Assembly (NCBI GenBank): GCA_047495785.1
Contig: JBLDXI010000001.1
Coordinates: forward strand, 4,650,001 to 4,714,000
Reading direction: 5' to 3'
Length of the DNA stretch: 64,000 bases
Source of the DNA: Lepidodermella squamata
Taxonomy: Eukaryota > Animalia > Gastrotricha
Part shown: in pieces, positions 12,121-26,835 of the stretch
How the letters are laid out: every line of letters starts with the position of its first letter
How positions within the stretch are numbered: the stretch's first letter is position 1
Position numbers and translations under genes: made by a program
The notes under the pieces: model-generated
Database searches by the model: none
The model's input: the letters and a program-made list of their open reading frames with translations, nothing else
Told to the model about the DNA's origin: nothing

Positions 12121-15100
12121 TTCCAGACGATTTTTCCAGATATCTTTAAATGCTAGCTTAAAAAGTATTCCTAGGTTGTCGTAAACAAGCTGCTTAAATA
12201 CTGCTGAGTTCGTCTGAGGGGGAGAGACATGGACAAGAGGTTAACATAATTTGATTACATTGATACCTAATACAAATGATTTGCAAGTCTGGGGCATTCA
12301 ATAATCAGTTCATGTAACCATTTTGATTTTCCAAAATGTCTGCCATAAGCAGTGCGTATGTTCTAATGGACTAATTTATAACATTTCTGTTCTGCTCTAC
12401 CGGCGAAATTCCTCGCAGATTCCGAGGACAGAATAGGTCTGTGTCCTTCATTACGACCTATATTTTTCCTGTCTTTCCGCTAAAAATTGAGCTATATATG
12501 AATTTACCACTAATTTAGGTAAGGAGGCATAAAGCGACAGATTCGGATGATCGAAAACGATGTGTTTTGTGCGCAACGATTAATATCGTAGGCGCTTAGC
12601 TAGAAATATTCTGCTCAATCGAGTTAGCGCAATATCACCTTTTAGTTATCTGTGAACTAGAAGCGTGGCACGCCCCGTGCTTCAAATCTGACAATCATCT
12701 TAAATTTATAATCATGTCACCAAGCTACCTAAATTTCAGAGAGCTGAGAATTTTAGGTTCTAGGCTCTAGGCGAACAATTAGAATTTGCGAATGATTAGA
12801 CCTTTGATATGAAGATGAATACATTTCTATAAAATCATATAAGACTACATAGAGCGCGATTGAATGATTCACTTATAGGACAAATTCATACTTGATTTCG
12901 ACATCTCTACTAGCCAGTACTTCCCCGATTTAGCAACGAGCGAAACAAGTGTAATCCCGCCTGGAGAGTTGGTATCTCATCTCTCAGTTGCTGAGCGATA
13001 TCATTATAGCGAAGTCGGATTAACGCTCTCTTGATTTGATAGTAAAATAACAAGCGGGCTGGCATGTTTTTAGCACATGATAAACGATTTGAGGTCACAA
13101 ACACGTACTTTTCTATTTTTCAACTGCGGCTTGAAATCTGATATCAACAGAGCTTTACAAGAGCTTTAATCCGATGTTATCGGTGCCGCTAATGATAGCA
13201 ACCAGACAGAAATCAGGAAAGATCGTCTAAAAGACAAAACATTGATCTAGAATGCCTGTTTTGGGGATCGAGTGGATTTGTGATAAATCGACCCTCATGC
13301 GTTTCTCCTACGCTGGCCGATTTATCCTAGTGCCAAATTGATATCTATTAGGCTATAGCCGGGGTCCACTTTTATCCGACAAAGATTTTCATCACAGCCA
13401 TATTTGCCATTCGTGAATAAGCACTGATCTAATACAACGTTAAGAGAATATGAATAAACTCTAAAGGGCGTTATTAGGCGTCGCTAACATTACAATACGA
13501 GTCAGTTCTTACTGTCCTGTCCTAAAGGCCGTAATTTTGACGCATGAAATCGGAGAAATTTGAAATGACAAATAACAAATAACCCAACACGAGACTCGTT
13601 AATTCCACAGACGCTCTAATAAATGAGAGAGGTTATTAGCTATACACCTATCGCTAGCTCTTCGAATGTCCCCTAACAGAAACTCTGATAAGAGACGCGA
13701 TTCTTTTTCAAAGACGTGCCACGCGGCAGAAACATGGCTATTAGCTCTTACGACACTGCTTCTTACATTAGGGTGGAAAAGACCCTGCATGAGGTAAGAC
13801 TGAATTTGATAGTCGATGAAACATATGAAAAGAACGTTAGGGGCTATTGTGGGGGTTTGACGAAAGCATGCCGAGAATTCGCGAAGCTAACGTATAAAGT
13901 AGAGTTCTTGCGTTAGATCTGAGAGGAGACTCCCACGCTGTCTTCTCCTGTCACAAAAACGAGCCTTCGAGTGGGTAGCAATGCCTACGAAAATAAAAAT
14001 CTGCGCACAATGAAGCGACTGTCCTGACTTTCGTATCTACTTGATGACTTGAACTGATTTGCGTGGATCCTGCTCCCTCGCAGATAATATCGAAAAAGTA
14101 CTGTTGTAACGCTTTCCTGCTTTTATTAGAGCCCATATTCCACTCGTGAAACCTAACCCCGACCCTAACCCTGGACAGAAATACACCTCACAATATACTT
14201 ATTCTTTAGAAAAGCACAGTAGACGTTCTCATTATTTCATCAAATTATATGTTCCTTACACTACTGTGTTTAGGGGATAATCGAGACATGTTTGATGTTT
14301 GATTATTTCCTAAACATAGGTAATTATGAGATGTTCGTTATGCTTCACATTTTGACATTGAAAATAACGAAACAGAGAACTACAACTGAAAGATAGCTTT
14401 TAACAACCAATCGAATCCGCATTTAATGGAATTTCACGGCATGAAAATTGATAGACAATGTAGTACTAGAGAATGTCGTCAAACGGAGCGCTGTAAAAGC
14501 CTGATGACGCACTGAAATTAGGTATCGTTTGAACCAGAATTCTCAAGACTGAATGTTCTTCAAATTAAACAAACTAAGGGATTATCACGATTAGCTAATA
14601 TTTAATGACGTCTAAGGCGAACGAAAATTAATATCCGCGGAATAGGTGGGCGATACATCGTTGGAATATTATCCTACTAACGAGAACCACATAAATAACT
14701 TGAGAACTATAGGATAGCTAATTGATTCATTTCAATTGGCGAGAATCGCAATTACTCCACTTATCGCCACTTAGCCTTCGACCTCCGACAAAGATTTAAC
14801 GTTTTTCAAATCTGAATTAGAAATTGTTCATCCCTCGAGTCGTAGACCGTTACTTATAGTTGACAAAAATGGATAAATTCCGCATCTGACCTCCCAGCTT
14901 AAAATTATTGGCCAAGGATATGATGCTGGAGAAGTTTCGAATGTTCTCCGACATCCAGCTAGGAAATTTGAGAACATTGATAATAAGCGCAATAAAAATG
15001 TCCTAGCAAGCGCAGATAGCGACGGTGAGAAGATGAGTGGAAAGGCGGAAGAAGGTCTCGACCTTTGATTGCGTGAAAAGTGAAAATACACATCATATGC

Positions 15101-15871
15101 CATATCATCACACATCACACATCATAGTGAAAATACATATCATATGCCACAGCGAAGGCCTAGCGCGGTCCATTCAACTTCAGATTATAACTTTGAAGTT
15201 TAATTATATGGCATGGACGCATCATGCATCATTCGGTATGGGTCTTCCGTTGTTCAATTTTGGATTTTAGAAATGTACCCAATTGATTTTCTCGACATGC
15301 AACACATTCTGTAACCAATCCTTTACAGAAACACAGTTTTAGTCTAAGGCGCGAGGAGTCATTTAGCTTTTTCATATGTGTGCTTCTCACGATTCCTGCT
15401 TCCCTGCTTTCCTCCCCCTCAACGTTGCAGGGGTTAATTATGCAGTCTGGGTACAATGTGTCTGTAGCGCAAGCGGATAATGCGGATAATGATATCTGTA
15501 ATATGAGAGAATGTCCACCATTTACAGTTGCATATTCCATGACAGAAGAAAGCATAAAATTGTGGCCGGTTGACGGAAACAAAAAATCCGCTCCTTATAC
15601 CTTGATTCTTCATGTAATATTCAAGTGGACCTTGTTTGCTGTGTGAAAAGTGGAAAGATCCCACAGCCGCAAGAGTGTGTGCAGTTGACGGACAAATTGG
15701 TCAAAAGCGGAGAATTTATGTAAATTGGTCACTGTAAATTGGTAAACTTGGTCACGATAAAATAATCTTCTCCCAAAATCGAAGCACTATTTAGGCACCG
15801 CAACATTCATTATGGATGCTCGTAGCATTTGAGCAGAAATATTCAGATGAAAAGTCAATCACGGAGAGCGT

Positions 15872-16249
15872 TCAACCTTGATGAAATTTCGGAGCTGGAA
15901 TGTTGGTGCAGTTAGCTTTCATAAAATCGTTCCGATCGGCCGGCTTCTCCCCGAGGCAAGCCGTTACTTTGGCCTATGAAAGCAGAAAATAGGCTATCGA
16001 TTGGTTTCGTACAAATTCTGGCCTTACCGATCGTTTGCAGAGCACTCGGCACTTGCGCATGGTCTGTCTTTCAAGGGCAGCCATTGCCTTGGCTTCTGAT
16101 TGAGACAGCTGGGGGTCACTCAAGATATGGATCGCTACACAGTACATACACCTATCGCCAACATTACCTGAGCTATCTATCGCCGAAGGTTTGGAAAAAA
16201 CCCCGCCGATGAAAACAGATAAGATCGAAATTGCTATAACACGATTCAT
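15872..16249 (-). CDS. Four-Cys secreted family member, 107 aa (exons 16249-16028, 15973-15872)
   Basis: Signal peptide; ALERQTMRKCRVLCKRS|AKVTACLGEKPADRNDFMKANCTNIPAPKFHQG*; gtaag..catag intron; TATAAAA upstream. Confidence 0.85.
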
Positions 16250-18705
16250 ATTTTAGCCCTAATGGTTTCTAGCTTATTCCGAATTTTATACTATCCGAGA
16301 AACGAGCTGTCACCTAGCCGATTATTTTAGAATTTTGCCCCAAATTGAAGCAAGAACGAGCATGTCAAGTTTCTTCATCGTTAAAACAGACCGCCCACGA
16401 GCTAACGGACTGACGGCGTTACCAACAGACCCTCGTAACAAGGGAGGAACATCAATGACGTGTGGGATGAATACGACATAAATTAGCTTAACCTCGTCAG
16501 AATTGATGGGTATCGATTTGAGCATTAGAGATTTTAACGCACTCTATTTATAAGGATTATGAACCAGTTGCAACAATTCACCTTCTGAGGCGGGAATAAA
16601 AAGCAGCAATAACTTTATAAAGCCCCGACATTGCTCATTCTATGATATGAACGTGCAAAATGTCTCTCAACTAGTCCGATCTTGTCTTCAATTGCGCCGA
16701 ACAGCACGATTTTCAGCAGAAGGTTCACCCTTGCACCATGCACAAGAAAATGCAAATATAACCGCATTTTTTACGGACGGACTAGTTTGTCGCGGACAGA
16801 TGGCCGGCAAGCTGCTATTAGTTCCATAAGCAACATTGCTTTAGCTGGTTGCAGCGACTCAGCTACCTCGCTATGATAGGAAGCTTCTAGGTCATATATT
16901 CAAGCACTGAAATGCAGCACATAATTTCGGTGGTGCAAACGAAAGAAAATTCGATCTTGGATCATGAAGCTGCCAGAAATAGAAAACGTTTTTTTGCAGT
17001 ATTTCGCGAATTGGCAGGTGATTTCCGCTCCCGTAGCTGACTGAATGAAATCGCAGGGAGAACATCACCGTTAGAATCAAAGTTCTCAACATGGAGCACA
17101 TTTTCGAAATCTCTAGAAATTAACCTCGCTGCATGTCAACTGCGATTTCATTCGTTGTAAATACCCCGAGGCGCGTCTGTTGAAACGTCTGTTGCGTGGG
17201 ATAGACTGTGTTCTACGTTACTCGAAAGTCTGACGATGAGTAGACAGACAATTGATAACGTCCTAGATCTGTTTTTCATGGATGATCCATGAACTATACC
17301 GTGTATTTTCTCATTTTTGAGTAGGATTGTGGGCGGTGACAATGTAAAACATTAGAATTTTTAGGAATCCTCAAAGAGATCCTTTGGAGTTACCGAAACC
17401 TGAAACCGATTTACAGCGCTTAAAACAATCGAGAGTGTATGGGATAACATCAAGGCAAAAGAATACAGCGTCCCCATTCATGAGCCTTGTTTGTAAATAT
17501 CTTCTGAAGATCTAAACTGTGGAATAGTGGTACTCCTTGATTTATGAAACAACACGGCCTAGAACGGGTATATAACTATGACATAGTAGAGCGTTTTTAT
17601 TTTTCTGATTCAGCATTCACTTTTCTTCATTATCCCATTCCCGAGACAAGAACCTTGAAACTGAGTGGGTCTGCGAGAATTCTCTGATGTTTGAAACTAA
17701 TATAATTACATCTTGCACGAGTGGGATAATACATCTAATGTCATGACACAGCTCGAGGAGGTAACAGTCGGTGAGTCAATCTCAAGGACAAAGTCATTAC
17801 TTTGTGACAACTATGTTTAGCATCCTTGTTTCAAACTACGATAATTAATTAGTTTAACATATTCTTTATGCCTTTTTCTAATTCACACGTCTACAAAAAT
17901 TGCATTTTCCTCATGACTTGGGCCTTAAGGGGATGATGCGGCATGTCAGATTGAAGATGGGAATATCCGACACAAGTGCTTTCGGACAACTAAGAAACCT
18001 GAGCAATAATTGGTAAACTGACAATGTACCTATCATTAAATTAAGAAGGCATCAGCTTGCACTTGTTCCATTTTAAATCGAGGAAAGGACTCGTAAACTT
18101 GAAAGCGGCCCCGTCTAAAAATTGGGGAAGAATCAGCGAAGGCAGACATGAGGAAAGACATTCCGAATGACGCGGAAGGTCATAAAATGGGCGGCAGCGT
18201 CTGAAGTTGGATTCTTGAAACAAAGCAGGGCTTCTCCATTGTCGGGCCCAAAATCAAAATACTTACCACGCTGCATCCCCTAACGAATTATTCCTTCGTT
18301 TTTTTTCGTTTGAGGAAAAGATTCTCAACATTCTGAAATTCTGCATCCAAGCAAATATGACTCAATTGACATAAGTATTTCTATCATTTCCTGAACCTTT
18401 CCATGAACTGGGCTCTTAACCGCATTTTCAACCGTTATTCAAACGAATAGCGTGGGCCGCAAGCGAAGCGAGCTTTAGCTAACGCTATTTTGCGGAGCGA
18501 TATTTACCTGAAAAAAAGGCCGGCGATCCCCAGTTTTAGAAGTCGTGAAATAAGGGTTATTCCCTGAAAAAAGTTTCGGACCATGGTTCGCTGGTGTCAA
18601 GAACAACTGCGATGTTAAATCAACGCATTTAGCGAAAAAGCTTTATTAGGAATTATAATTTCAAGTACGTAATATCAAGTCCAGTGTGCAGAGTGCAGAC
18701 AATGT

Positions 18706-19082
18706 TCAGCCGTAATGAAATTTTGGAGCTGCAATGTTGGTGCAATTTGTTTTCATGAATTCATGTCGATCAACAGGTTTCTCGCCAAGACACCCCGTTA
18801 CTTTTGCCTTCAAGAAGGAACAATACACATTTCGATCTCGGAATAATATATAAGACTTACCGATCGTTTGCATAGCACTCGGCACTGCCGTTTAGTTAGC
18901 CTTTCCAGGGCTGAAACAGCCTTAGCCTCCAACTCAGCCAGCTGAGAGTCGTTCATCAGATTCAGCGCGAGAAGGAACAGGCTCCGATCGCGTATTTGAC
19001 CAGATGGAATCGCAGCTGACGGTTTAGCAATAGCTCCCGTGGAGAGCGCGGCTAAAATCAGGCTTCCTACAATGTAATGCAT
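18706..19082 (-). CDS. Four-Cys secreted family member, 107 aa (exons 19082-18861, 18807-18706); close paralogue of 15872-16249
   Basis: Signal peptide; ALERLTKRQCRVLCKRS|AKVTGCLGEKPVDRHEFMKTNCTNIAAPKFHYG*; gtaagt..gaag intron. Confidence 0.88.
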
Positions 19083-19727
19083 TATTTGTTATATTGCCTG
19101 AGACTTGTCTTGTTTCGGTTTATATACCATGAGGAATGTCTAAGGAATGTCATCGAGTCGGTTGCTTTTTATTCTTATTCCGCGTCAGAAGTGAGACAAT
19201 GTCACGCGTTAAACCCGTCCAACAGACAACAGATGAGTACCAATTAAATCTCCTGTCAGGCATTATTAGATTTTCGCTCGCTACCTTCTAGTGATAACAA
19301 TTGATTAGGCTGTGAAATTGCTCTGGGATCTCACAACCGACAACCGACACACGCGTGTCCTTCACATGGAAATAATGGTTCAAATATCAAGTACCGAACA
19401 CGGATGCAATATAGGATATGGGTACTGTGTGCAACCCTAACATGTGCTCAGTCGTTTATTGAATTGAACTGCATTTTGGAGCGATCTGTTCCTCGATGTG
19501 CGATGCGTAGATCCCTCACCCAGTGATCAGAGAAGGGATGTAAGTAGTCAGGGGCAACGAATAACTAACTAACTGCTCAATTTTATACTGATGTTTGTCA
19601 AATTATCTAACATGATGTTTTATAGCTACATAATCTTGTGTACAACACAGCAGTTTGGGGATTGGTAATTGACGCGGAAACTTTCGTGGAAGCCTCAAAG
19701 AATTTCAAACTCCTAAAAACTGCCAGC

Positions 19728-20177
19728 CAGAGACTTTGATTTGATTTGATTTGATTTAGGCCATTTTTGATGATTTGATTTAGAAAATTTCAGGATGATT
19801 TGATTTTATTTAAATTTAGCCCACTTGATTTACTGCTGATTTATAAAAATCAGAACTCTCGGAATTCCCCCTGTTACTAAACATGAGAACTTACATTTTC
19901 CTTGAAAACAGCTGTTTTCTAAAGCCCGGAGGTATTCATCCCTTTTCATAATCATTCAACCAAAGCCAAGCTTAAAATTTGAAAGAACCCCCATAAATAT
20001 ACCATGATACTCATGTTTCCATATGCGAAAGATTTGATTTGATTTGATTTAAACGGGCCTGATGATTTGATTTGATTGATTTACTATCGATTTTTGGGGG
20101 ATTTGATTTGAAATGATTGATTTACAGAGACCTGTGATTTACTGAATAAATCAAATCAAATCAAATTAAAGTCACTG
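19728..20177. mobile_element. hAT-like MITE with gattt subterminal repeats
   Basis: Termini cagagactttgatttgatttg / caaatcaaattaaagtcactg; 8-bp TSD ctgccagc at 19720-19727 and 20178-20185. Confidence 0.85.
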
Positions 20178-21288
20178 CTGCCAGCAAGGGAATTTATTGA
20201 ATGCTGGGTGTAAATCTATGGCAAAATCTACTATCGCAGCCACAGCTCTTCAATCTATTCAAATCAGTCCAAGGTCTCATCAGTCCCTGCTGCCCCTAAT
20301 ATATGTGTGAAAACTTAGACGAGCTTATATTCAGGGTCGAATTCCAATGGCCACTTTACTAAATGATCGGCAGATCGGCATGATGAGCGTAATCGTTCTG
20401 AGAAAAACGCCTAGGTGAACGATGCTGTGACGCGTTCGTTCATCACAAAAATTCCGCATCCAATAATAAATCCGGGACATTCTATAATTGCTGTGTTGAA
20501 CTGGTCGGGCGTCCTATCTAAATAAAACTGCATACAACATGCTGATTTTCAAAGATTCGGTCGGTATGGTTTTTAAGTCGGTGGCTTTTTAAGATTCTTG
20601 GTCATTTTTATGATCATTTTACTTTAGAATTCGAATAATTTGAAAGAGGTTCATCTTGAGGAGCTTACAATTTCCAAGGCGCTTCAAACCTCCCAATTGA
20701 GTATTTTAATAATTAATAATTAACAACATTGCGAATAATAAGCTCTGCTCCTTCGACAGCCGTCATGCGCTAGCTGGTTCGAGTTCATGTTTATTCGCCG
20801 CACTTCCTGCAGCTGGCAAGTAAATTAAAGCTCAGAAAGAACATTATGCTGAGGAAATTTTATCAAGAAATCTGATGGTTGTGGCTTAGGATCATGGATA
20901 GATTTTCAGATGTTCCCTAATAAAACATTTGAGCAGTCCAGTGTGATTAGGCTCAAAAAATTAACGAATATCCAATTATTCCCTACTGCGAAATTCGGTA
21001 CAGGTCGGATTTTAGTGTCCAAGGACAAACGAAAAGCCAACTTGACAGCTAGAAGAGCAATAATACTATTAAATGAATCGAGTTTAAGGCCCCCGACGTA
21101 GCCCACATCTTTCGTCTATCTATGAACGAGCAAAATATCTCTGATTACGTCCGATCTTCTATTTACCGCAAATCACGCCAGGCAACACAAGCCAAGCTTG
21201 AAAATTGTCCACTGCATCACGAATCAGCAATTACTTACATCATCTAACGAATTTCGGCAAAGAGGCTGGTTTCTAAAGGATATGAAGG

Positions 21289-21669
21289 ATGCATATCAAG
21301 CTGTGCCTTCTACTAGTTGCATTTGCTGCATTGCTTCAGCTGGTTGTATCAACTCCACCACCTCGCTCTGATAAGAAACTGAACACCATCTTTCAAGCAT
21401 TGAAATGCATGAATAGTGAGCAGCACGTCGAGAAATTGCTATCGAAAATGTATGACGCTCTGGATGGAATGACAAAATCGTACTGTCTTACAGCATGCAA
21501 TCGTATGGTATGTTCTATTTTGATAACATGAAAATGAATAGATCAACTATTTTTTCCTCAGCTGCAAATACGCACATGCCTGCGAATCGAGGTGGAGAAT
21601 CGGCTGAAATTCATAGCCAAGGTGTGCCTGCAAAACCACGTCATTATTAAAGGATTAGGTTTGCAGTAA
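21289..21669 (+). CDS. Four-Cys secreted family member, 108 aa (exons 21289-21507, 21562-21669)
   Basis: Strong signal peptide; ALDGMTKSYCLTACNRM|LQIRTCLRIEVENRLKFIAKVCLQNHVIIKGLGLQ*; gtatgt..ctcag intron. Confidence 0.88.
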
Positions 21670-22313
21670 AATATACATAGGCTCCTGTCTGGACATACCA
21701 TTATAATCCAGAATTAATGCGTATTTTCATAAAAATGTTGCCTAAGTCGTGGAATAAACAATTTTATCCCATCATAATTCTTGAGGCAGAATACAGCTCT
21801 TCGAAGTTTTTTGCATCAGCTACTCAATTCGCATGATTAGGAAATGAAGACGATATCACGCTGCTGAAAATGAATGAAGGTGTTAACCTATTACTGAATT
21901 TCAGGGCGACAACTATTTTATGCTATAAATAGAAATTCTCAAGAAGCTCAGCTATTAACATCATTGTATACTGTATTACTGAGCTTATCGCTTATATCAC
22001 TGACAGTATTTGGTTTTCACTTTTTTTGAGGTCACGATTTTGATCAATATTCAGGTTTTCCAGTTTATACAGAAGACAGTTTTGAAGAACTAAAATCACG
22101 CAATCCCTCTACGTTTAAACTCGGGCGGATAGCTTTATTTCGACCGGTATGGTTAACTTTCAATGACGCTTCGTCATTTTTCATCGAAATTCCGAAAACA
22201 ATCAAGATCAAGAAGTTCACATCCTAGTTACCAACTTTAACATGAATATCGCTTCAAAACGGTGCGAGATTGTTTCAACACTTTATGGCTTACTTCGTAT
22301 ACTCAAAGCAGTA

Positions 22314-24697
22314 CACTGTAAAAAATAGGGGGGTGATTACCCGGAATTTACTCCATTCAATTGTATGGCGCTTGGGGGGTAAAATGCACACGGGGTGCAT
22401 TGAAATTACTCCTCTGAGTTTTTTTCGTAAGGATTATTTACCACAGAGAGGGTAATTATCTTCCAGCATGTCTTTCATTGCTGAGGGGCAATTACCCTCA
22501 AATTATTCTTAATTATTTCAATTAAATTTTTTGGAATTTATTTTTGAATAAATATTCAAATAAATTATTTTTAATTATTCAATTAAATAATCAATTATTC
22601 GAATCAATAAGGAGGGTCCCAAGGTATCCGGATGGCACCAAAGGCCACCGGGTTACCTTTGATAACACCGGAAAATGTAACGCCCTTAACACACCTATAA
22701 CACGGAAACCTGCAACTTGACTTACGCGCGATATTTACTTTTTCAATTGTCTTCTTTTCATTTCACATTGCAAATGAATGATTAGAGCTAGTTTTTAGCA
22801 AAGAGGCCTTTCTATGCAGCAGCGCTTACGAGGGAATCGACTGATTTGCATATGCACTAGGCTGAGTTCAGCCATTTTTTAGAATTCGGCTGATTTGAGT
22901 TATGAGATTGAATGCAAGTCATTTCGCAAAGCAAATCGATAAAGTTGATACTCCAAAGTTGCACCACCGAATAGCGCTAGCTCAGTGGTTCTCAAACTAT
23001 TTTCGCTCCCGGACCTTTCCGGCCGCATTGCCTCTTGAACCCTCAACCGGCCGCTTGTAATGGTAAAATAGGACCTTCCCGGCCGCACGCCTCTATAATC
23101 GAGAATTGAAGTTTTCGAGTGCGCTCTTAAGCGGATTGTTTATTAAATTAGGGTTTGAGCAGTGGTTCTTCACTGAATGTTTACCCGACCCCTGATAGGT
23201 CATTAAAATGAAGTCGCTACCCATCACTCTCAAAAAGTCGAAAAGTGAAAGATATGTTATGTAACATTTTAGCCGATTGATATTTGGCCTTCAAACTCCA
23301 AACTCTCAACCCGTGAATTAATTAACCTTTGCGAGCGAAGCGAACTTTAGCTGACGATATTTTTCCAGAATTCCTTCTGGAAATGGGCTAAAAATGCGTT
23401 AAAAGGGGATTTGAGTGTTGCGAGCCGCGAGCCGCGAGCTGGGCTAGGCCGTAAGCGATTCGTGCTGTAGACACTTCGAAGGGGAGTCTAGAGCTGCGTA
23501 ATTGCTTTGCAGGCTGTTTTCTCGTGAACAAGTTGGTAATTGCGTCTGGTATATTGAAAGATTTGAAAGTGAATCAGCGAGCGAAGCGAGAAACTTTTAA
23601 GAAAATTTTGGCTATTTATCATTTGGATACGTCGAATTTTGCTGGAAATGTGCACAAATTATGTGAAACCCTGGACTATTTCCCTCGAAAGAGCCGTCCG
23701 GCCGCACGCAATGCAAGACATAGGCGAACCTCTGCCGGCCGCCAAAATGGGCCTCGCCGGCCGCATGCGGCCGGAAAAACGGGGTTTGAGAACCACTGCG
23801 CTAGCTCAATTGGGAAGCCACTGCTGATTGAGTGGAGGTGATATTTTAAAGGTGTAACCGACTTGACTATTGACTAGGTGGAGCTTCTTAATTGCTTTGA
23901 TTAATTGCTTAGGAATTGCAGTTAAATTGAGTTGAACCAGTCATTTCATTTAGATTTATTTGATTAAGATTTAGCGAGGACCCTGTTACTAATTGAGAGC
24001 TATAATCTAGAATCCAATTGAAGAACGATTTTAGAGAGTTGGCGATGCTAGCCACGTTGCCGGCACTAAAATTAGCTGAAATTTTGCGTCATCCCATAGA
24101 TCTTCACAATTAGCTGCGATTATTGGTTATTTTTGTTTATGTTTAAAATCCAACCCTGAAATAACTCGGCTACGGTATACCGTATCTACCGTATTATCAG
24201 GGAGGGACTTCTAATTTATTAAGGGACCTTTTTTGCCTGGCTCAGGTGGCTGCAAAATCGATATCAAAATCTCTGAAAGGATCTTACTGCGCATCATATC
24301 AGAGCTGCACATACGAAGGTATACGGTAAAATTCAGACTCAGGATGTCATTGTGTTTTGACCATCCTCGACCATGAGACATTTACCAGAGTTTATCCTCA
24401 ACTTTTTTTACTTATGCTAACATATGTTTTAGAGGTTTATAACACTAATATTTCATAATTAAAAATCAAATAAATAATTTATTTATTGAAATAGAATTAA
24501 CAAATTTGCGCGAGGGTGATTGCCCTTAGATTGCCACCCAAGAAACGAATTGCCACAGTTAATTACCACCCAAGGGTATTTACCCCACTTTTACCTTGGA
24601 GCGAATTACCACAAAGGAATAGGCGAGAGCATTTACCCCTCAAAAAATTGAAAAAGGGTAAATACCCAGGGTAATCAGCACCCTATTTTTTACAGTG
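22314..24697. mobile_element. Non-autonomous DNA transposon with CACTG termini (~2.4 kb), TA flanks
   Basis: cactgtaaaaaataggg...gattaccc at left; gggtaatc...ccctattttttacagtg at right; attaccc/gggtaa subterminal motifs; no transposase ORF. Confidence 0.75.
22983..23798. mobile_element. hAT-Charlie-like MITE nested in the CACTG element
   Basis: TIR cagtggttctcaaac / gtttgagaaccactg; 8-bp TSD cgctagct at 22975-22982 and 23799-23806; ccggccgc subterminal repeats. Confidence 0.9.
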
Positions 24698-24869
24698 TAG
24701 TATACTCAAAGGCGCGATTAAAAAGTCATTAAATTGATGCAATGCCAAACGAACGTTCGGAATCGTCCTTCTCGCCGCGAAATGGTGTAAGGCCTCGGCT
24801 CTCTATGAGATGCGTGCCGTCACCGATCGCCAAACGGATAGTATAATGGGGTTGTAGTTTACGCAGCTT

Positions 24870-25440
24870 CATGGCCTCGATCTGGCCCGGCTGGCGACCA
24901 GCGTTGAACAGCTGCAGGCGAAGACGAGGAACCTACGCGAAACTGCGTACACGATCAGAGATAACATCGCCAAGACTAAGGTCATGCTCATCGCAACCAG
25001 TGATAAGATGCCCATCACAATTAACAATCAAATATCTGAGAACGGAGACGTTTGCGTACTCTGGAAGTAACATCCGTCCTGGCGGAGCTCAAGCAGACAT
25101 TGCCTCGACTCGCGAATGCTAAAGGCTTTCTCCTGCGAGCGCTTCATGAAGATTTAAGCCTAAAATTGCTTCGAATGAGGAGCTCATTCGCATTTGCAAG
25201 TTTCGACCAATATTTACGGGTGAGCTGACTCGATCCGGGCTAGCTGCTAGCTGGACCACATGCTACGGATGGATATCAGGCGAGTTGCCATTCAGTGAAC
25301 GCGACAGGGCAGACGGGCGGTAGGGCGACCAAAGGTGACATGGCTGGCCACAATTGAAAACGACCTACGCGGCCTGCGCGAACTCAGCTAGGGTTCTGGC
25401 TGGGGACCGAGACAAGTGGTGTCGCCGTGATGTGTGGAGG
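24870..25440 (+). mobile_element. Degenerate RTE-type LINE reverse-transcriptase 3' remnant
   Basis: Frame-broken motifs EQLQAKTRNL..NIAKTKVM, FAYSGSNIRPGGAQADI, WLDHMLRMD-like and GRPKVTWLATIENDL, typical of RTE-clade ORF ends. Confidence 0.65.
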
Positions 25441-26835
25441 CAGCGCGCCCCGCAAGGAGACTGCACAACTGCTACTATAGCCTATAGTAGGTTGTGTTTT
25501 CCATAGTGAACTCAATGATGAATCACTGCCGTGTTTTTACTTCGCTTGCAATGTGGTGATGGTGGTGAGGTTGTGAGGTCGGTTATTTTTTTGCTGAATG
25601 AAAAATATTTGCAAAACTACTACCACAGCAAAATTCACCACCTCACCACCGCACCATCGATGGACTTCGACCCTGCAAACCCGGCCTACAATTCACATTA
25701 TCTTCATTTCAAATCTTTATTAACGTAAAAATTAAACTGACTCTAAGAAATTCCTCATTTACGATGGTCTCTTGAATCGTCATCCAAGCGTTTCCAGTTT
25801 ACAAACCTTTTCCTTGTATACTTACTAAATGGCCACAACGATCACACTCTTACTTGCGTTGTTGGATTCTATCAGTGCTCCGAGTAACAGGGAACACAAA
25901 CCCCTGTGGTGTGACCAGTACTTTATTACCTGAATCCTTAAGCATTGTCGAAATTGATTGGGTGACGATTGGTCCGGCGACGAACCAAATCTCGTTTAAT
26001 AAGCCTGTGAATCTTCTTAGCGTCTTAGCGTCTTAGCGGACTTCTTTAAAAAGCGATAGCACAGAAAAAACGTATTTTCACTGAAAGGATTGAAACAGTC
26101 ACGGATGGCGGTTTCCTGATTGAAAAGGGCGTTTCGACAGGTCAAATTGCTTGACCATGAGGGAGATGGGAGTTGGACTCATAGAGCGAAGTAGGACCGC
26201 GGAACTGGTGGGTACTAGAAAAATCGACAAAAAAGCCCCCCTTTGGTCTGCGAATGAGCTCACCTTATGGTCACAGATGGAACCGGTAGGGATGATCCCT
26301 ACCATCACTAGCGGTACTTCGCTCTCGGTACTCGTTCCACCGTGGACTCACTACCTATACAATGCCTCCATATACATAGTCCTTCTTTGTCGTTGATCAT
26401 GCCGCATGTAGTTAGTAATTTGCTTTGAAATGAAATTGGTTTCGTTGAGTTGCATCTCGATCTCGAAGTTTACTGTTCCATTAAGAATTCTATTGATTTT
26501 TTAACTCTTAATAACAAAGTTGAAAATCTGCCATGGACGATTTTCAAAACTTGCCTTTAGTTATATGTCAATCAATGCCTAGATCAGGAATCGCATATGA
26601 TAAATATCTACAATGAATCATCATCATTGAAAATTGAATAAAACGCTGTCAGGTCCGTGTTAACATGTTCAAAGCGAAAGCGTATGGAAGCTATTCAGCA
26701 TTTTTCGGTTAAATCACGGAGATCGTGTCATATGCGGATCATACATCATGTTTATATTGCTTATGCTCTAATTCTGCCAATACATTCCATTCGCTCGTCG
26801 TCCGAACGCGCATTTTCAGGGCTTCTAGCCTAAAT

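Noticed and set aside
13599-13790. ORF with kinase-like LFHPNV segment
   Set aside because: No other kinase motifs or splice support.
15229-15664. Overlapping 76-117 aa ORFs
   Set aside because: No signal peptide, recognisable motif or consistent splice structure.
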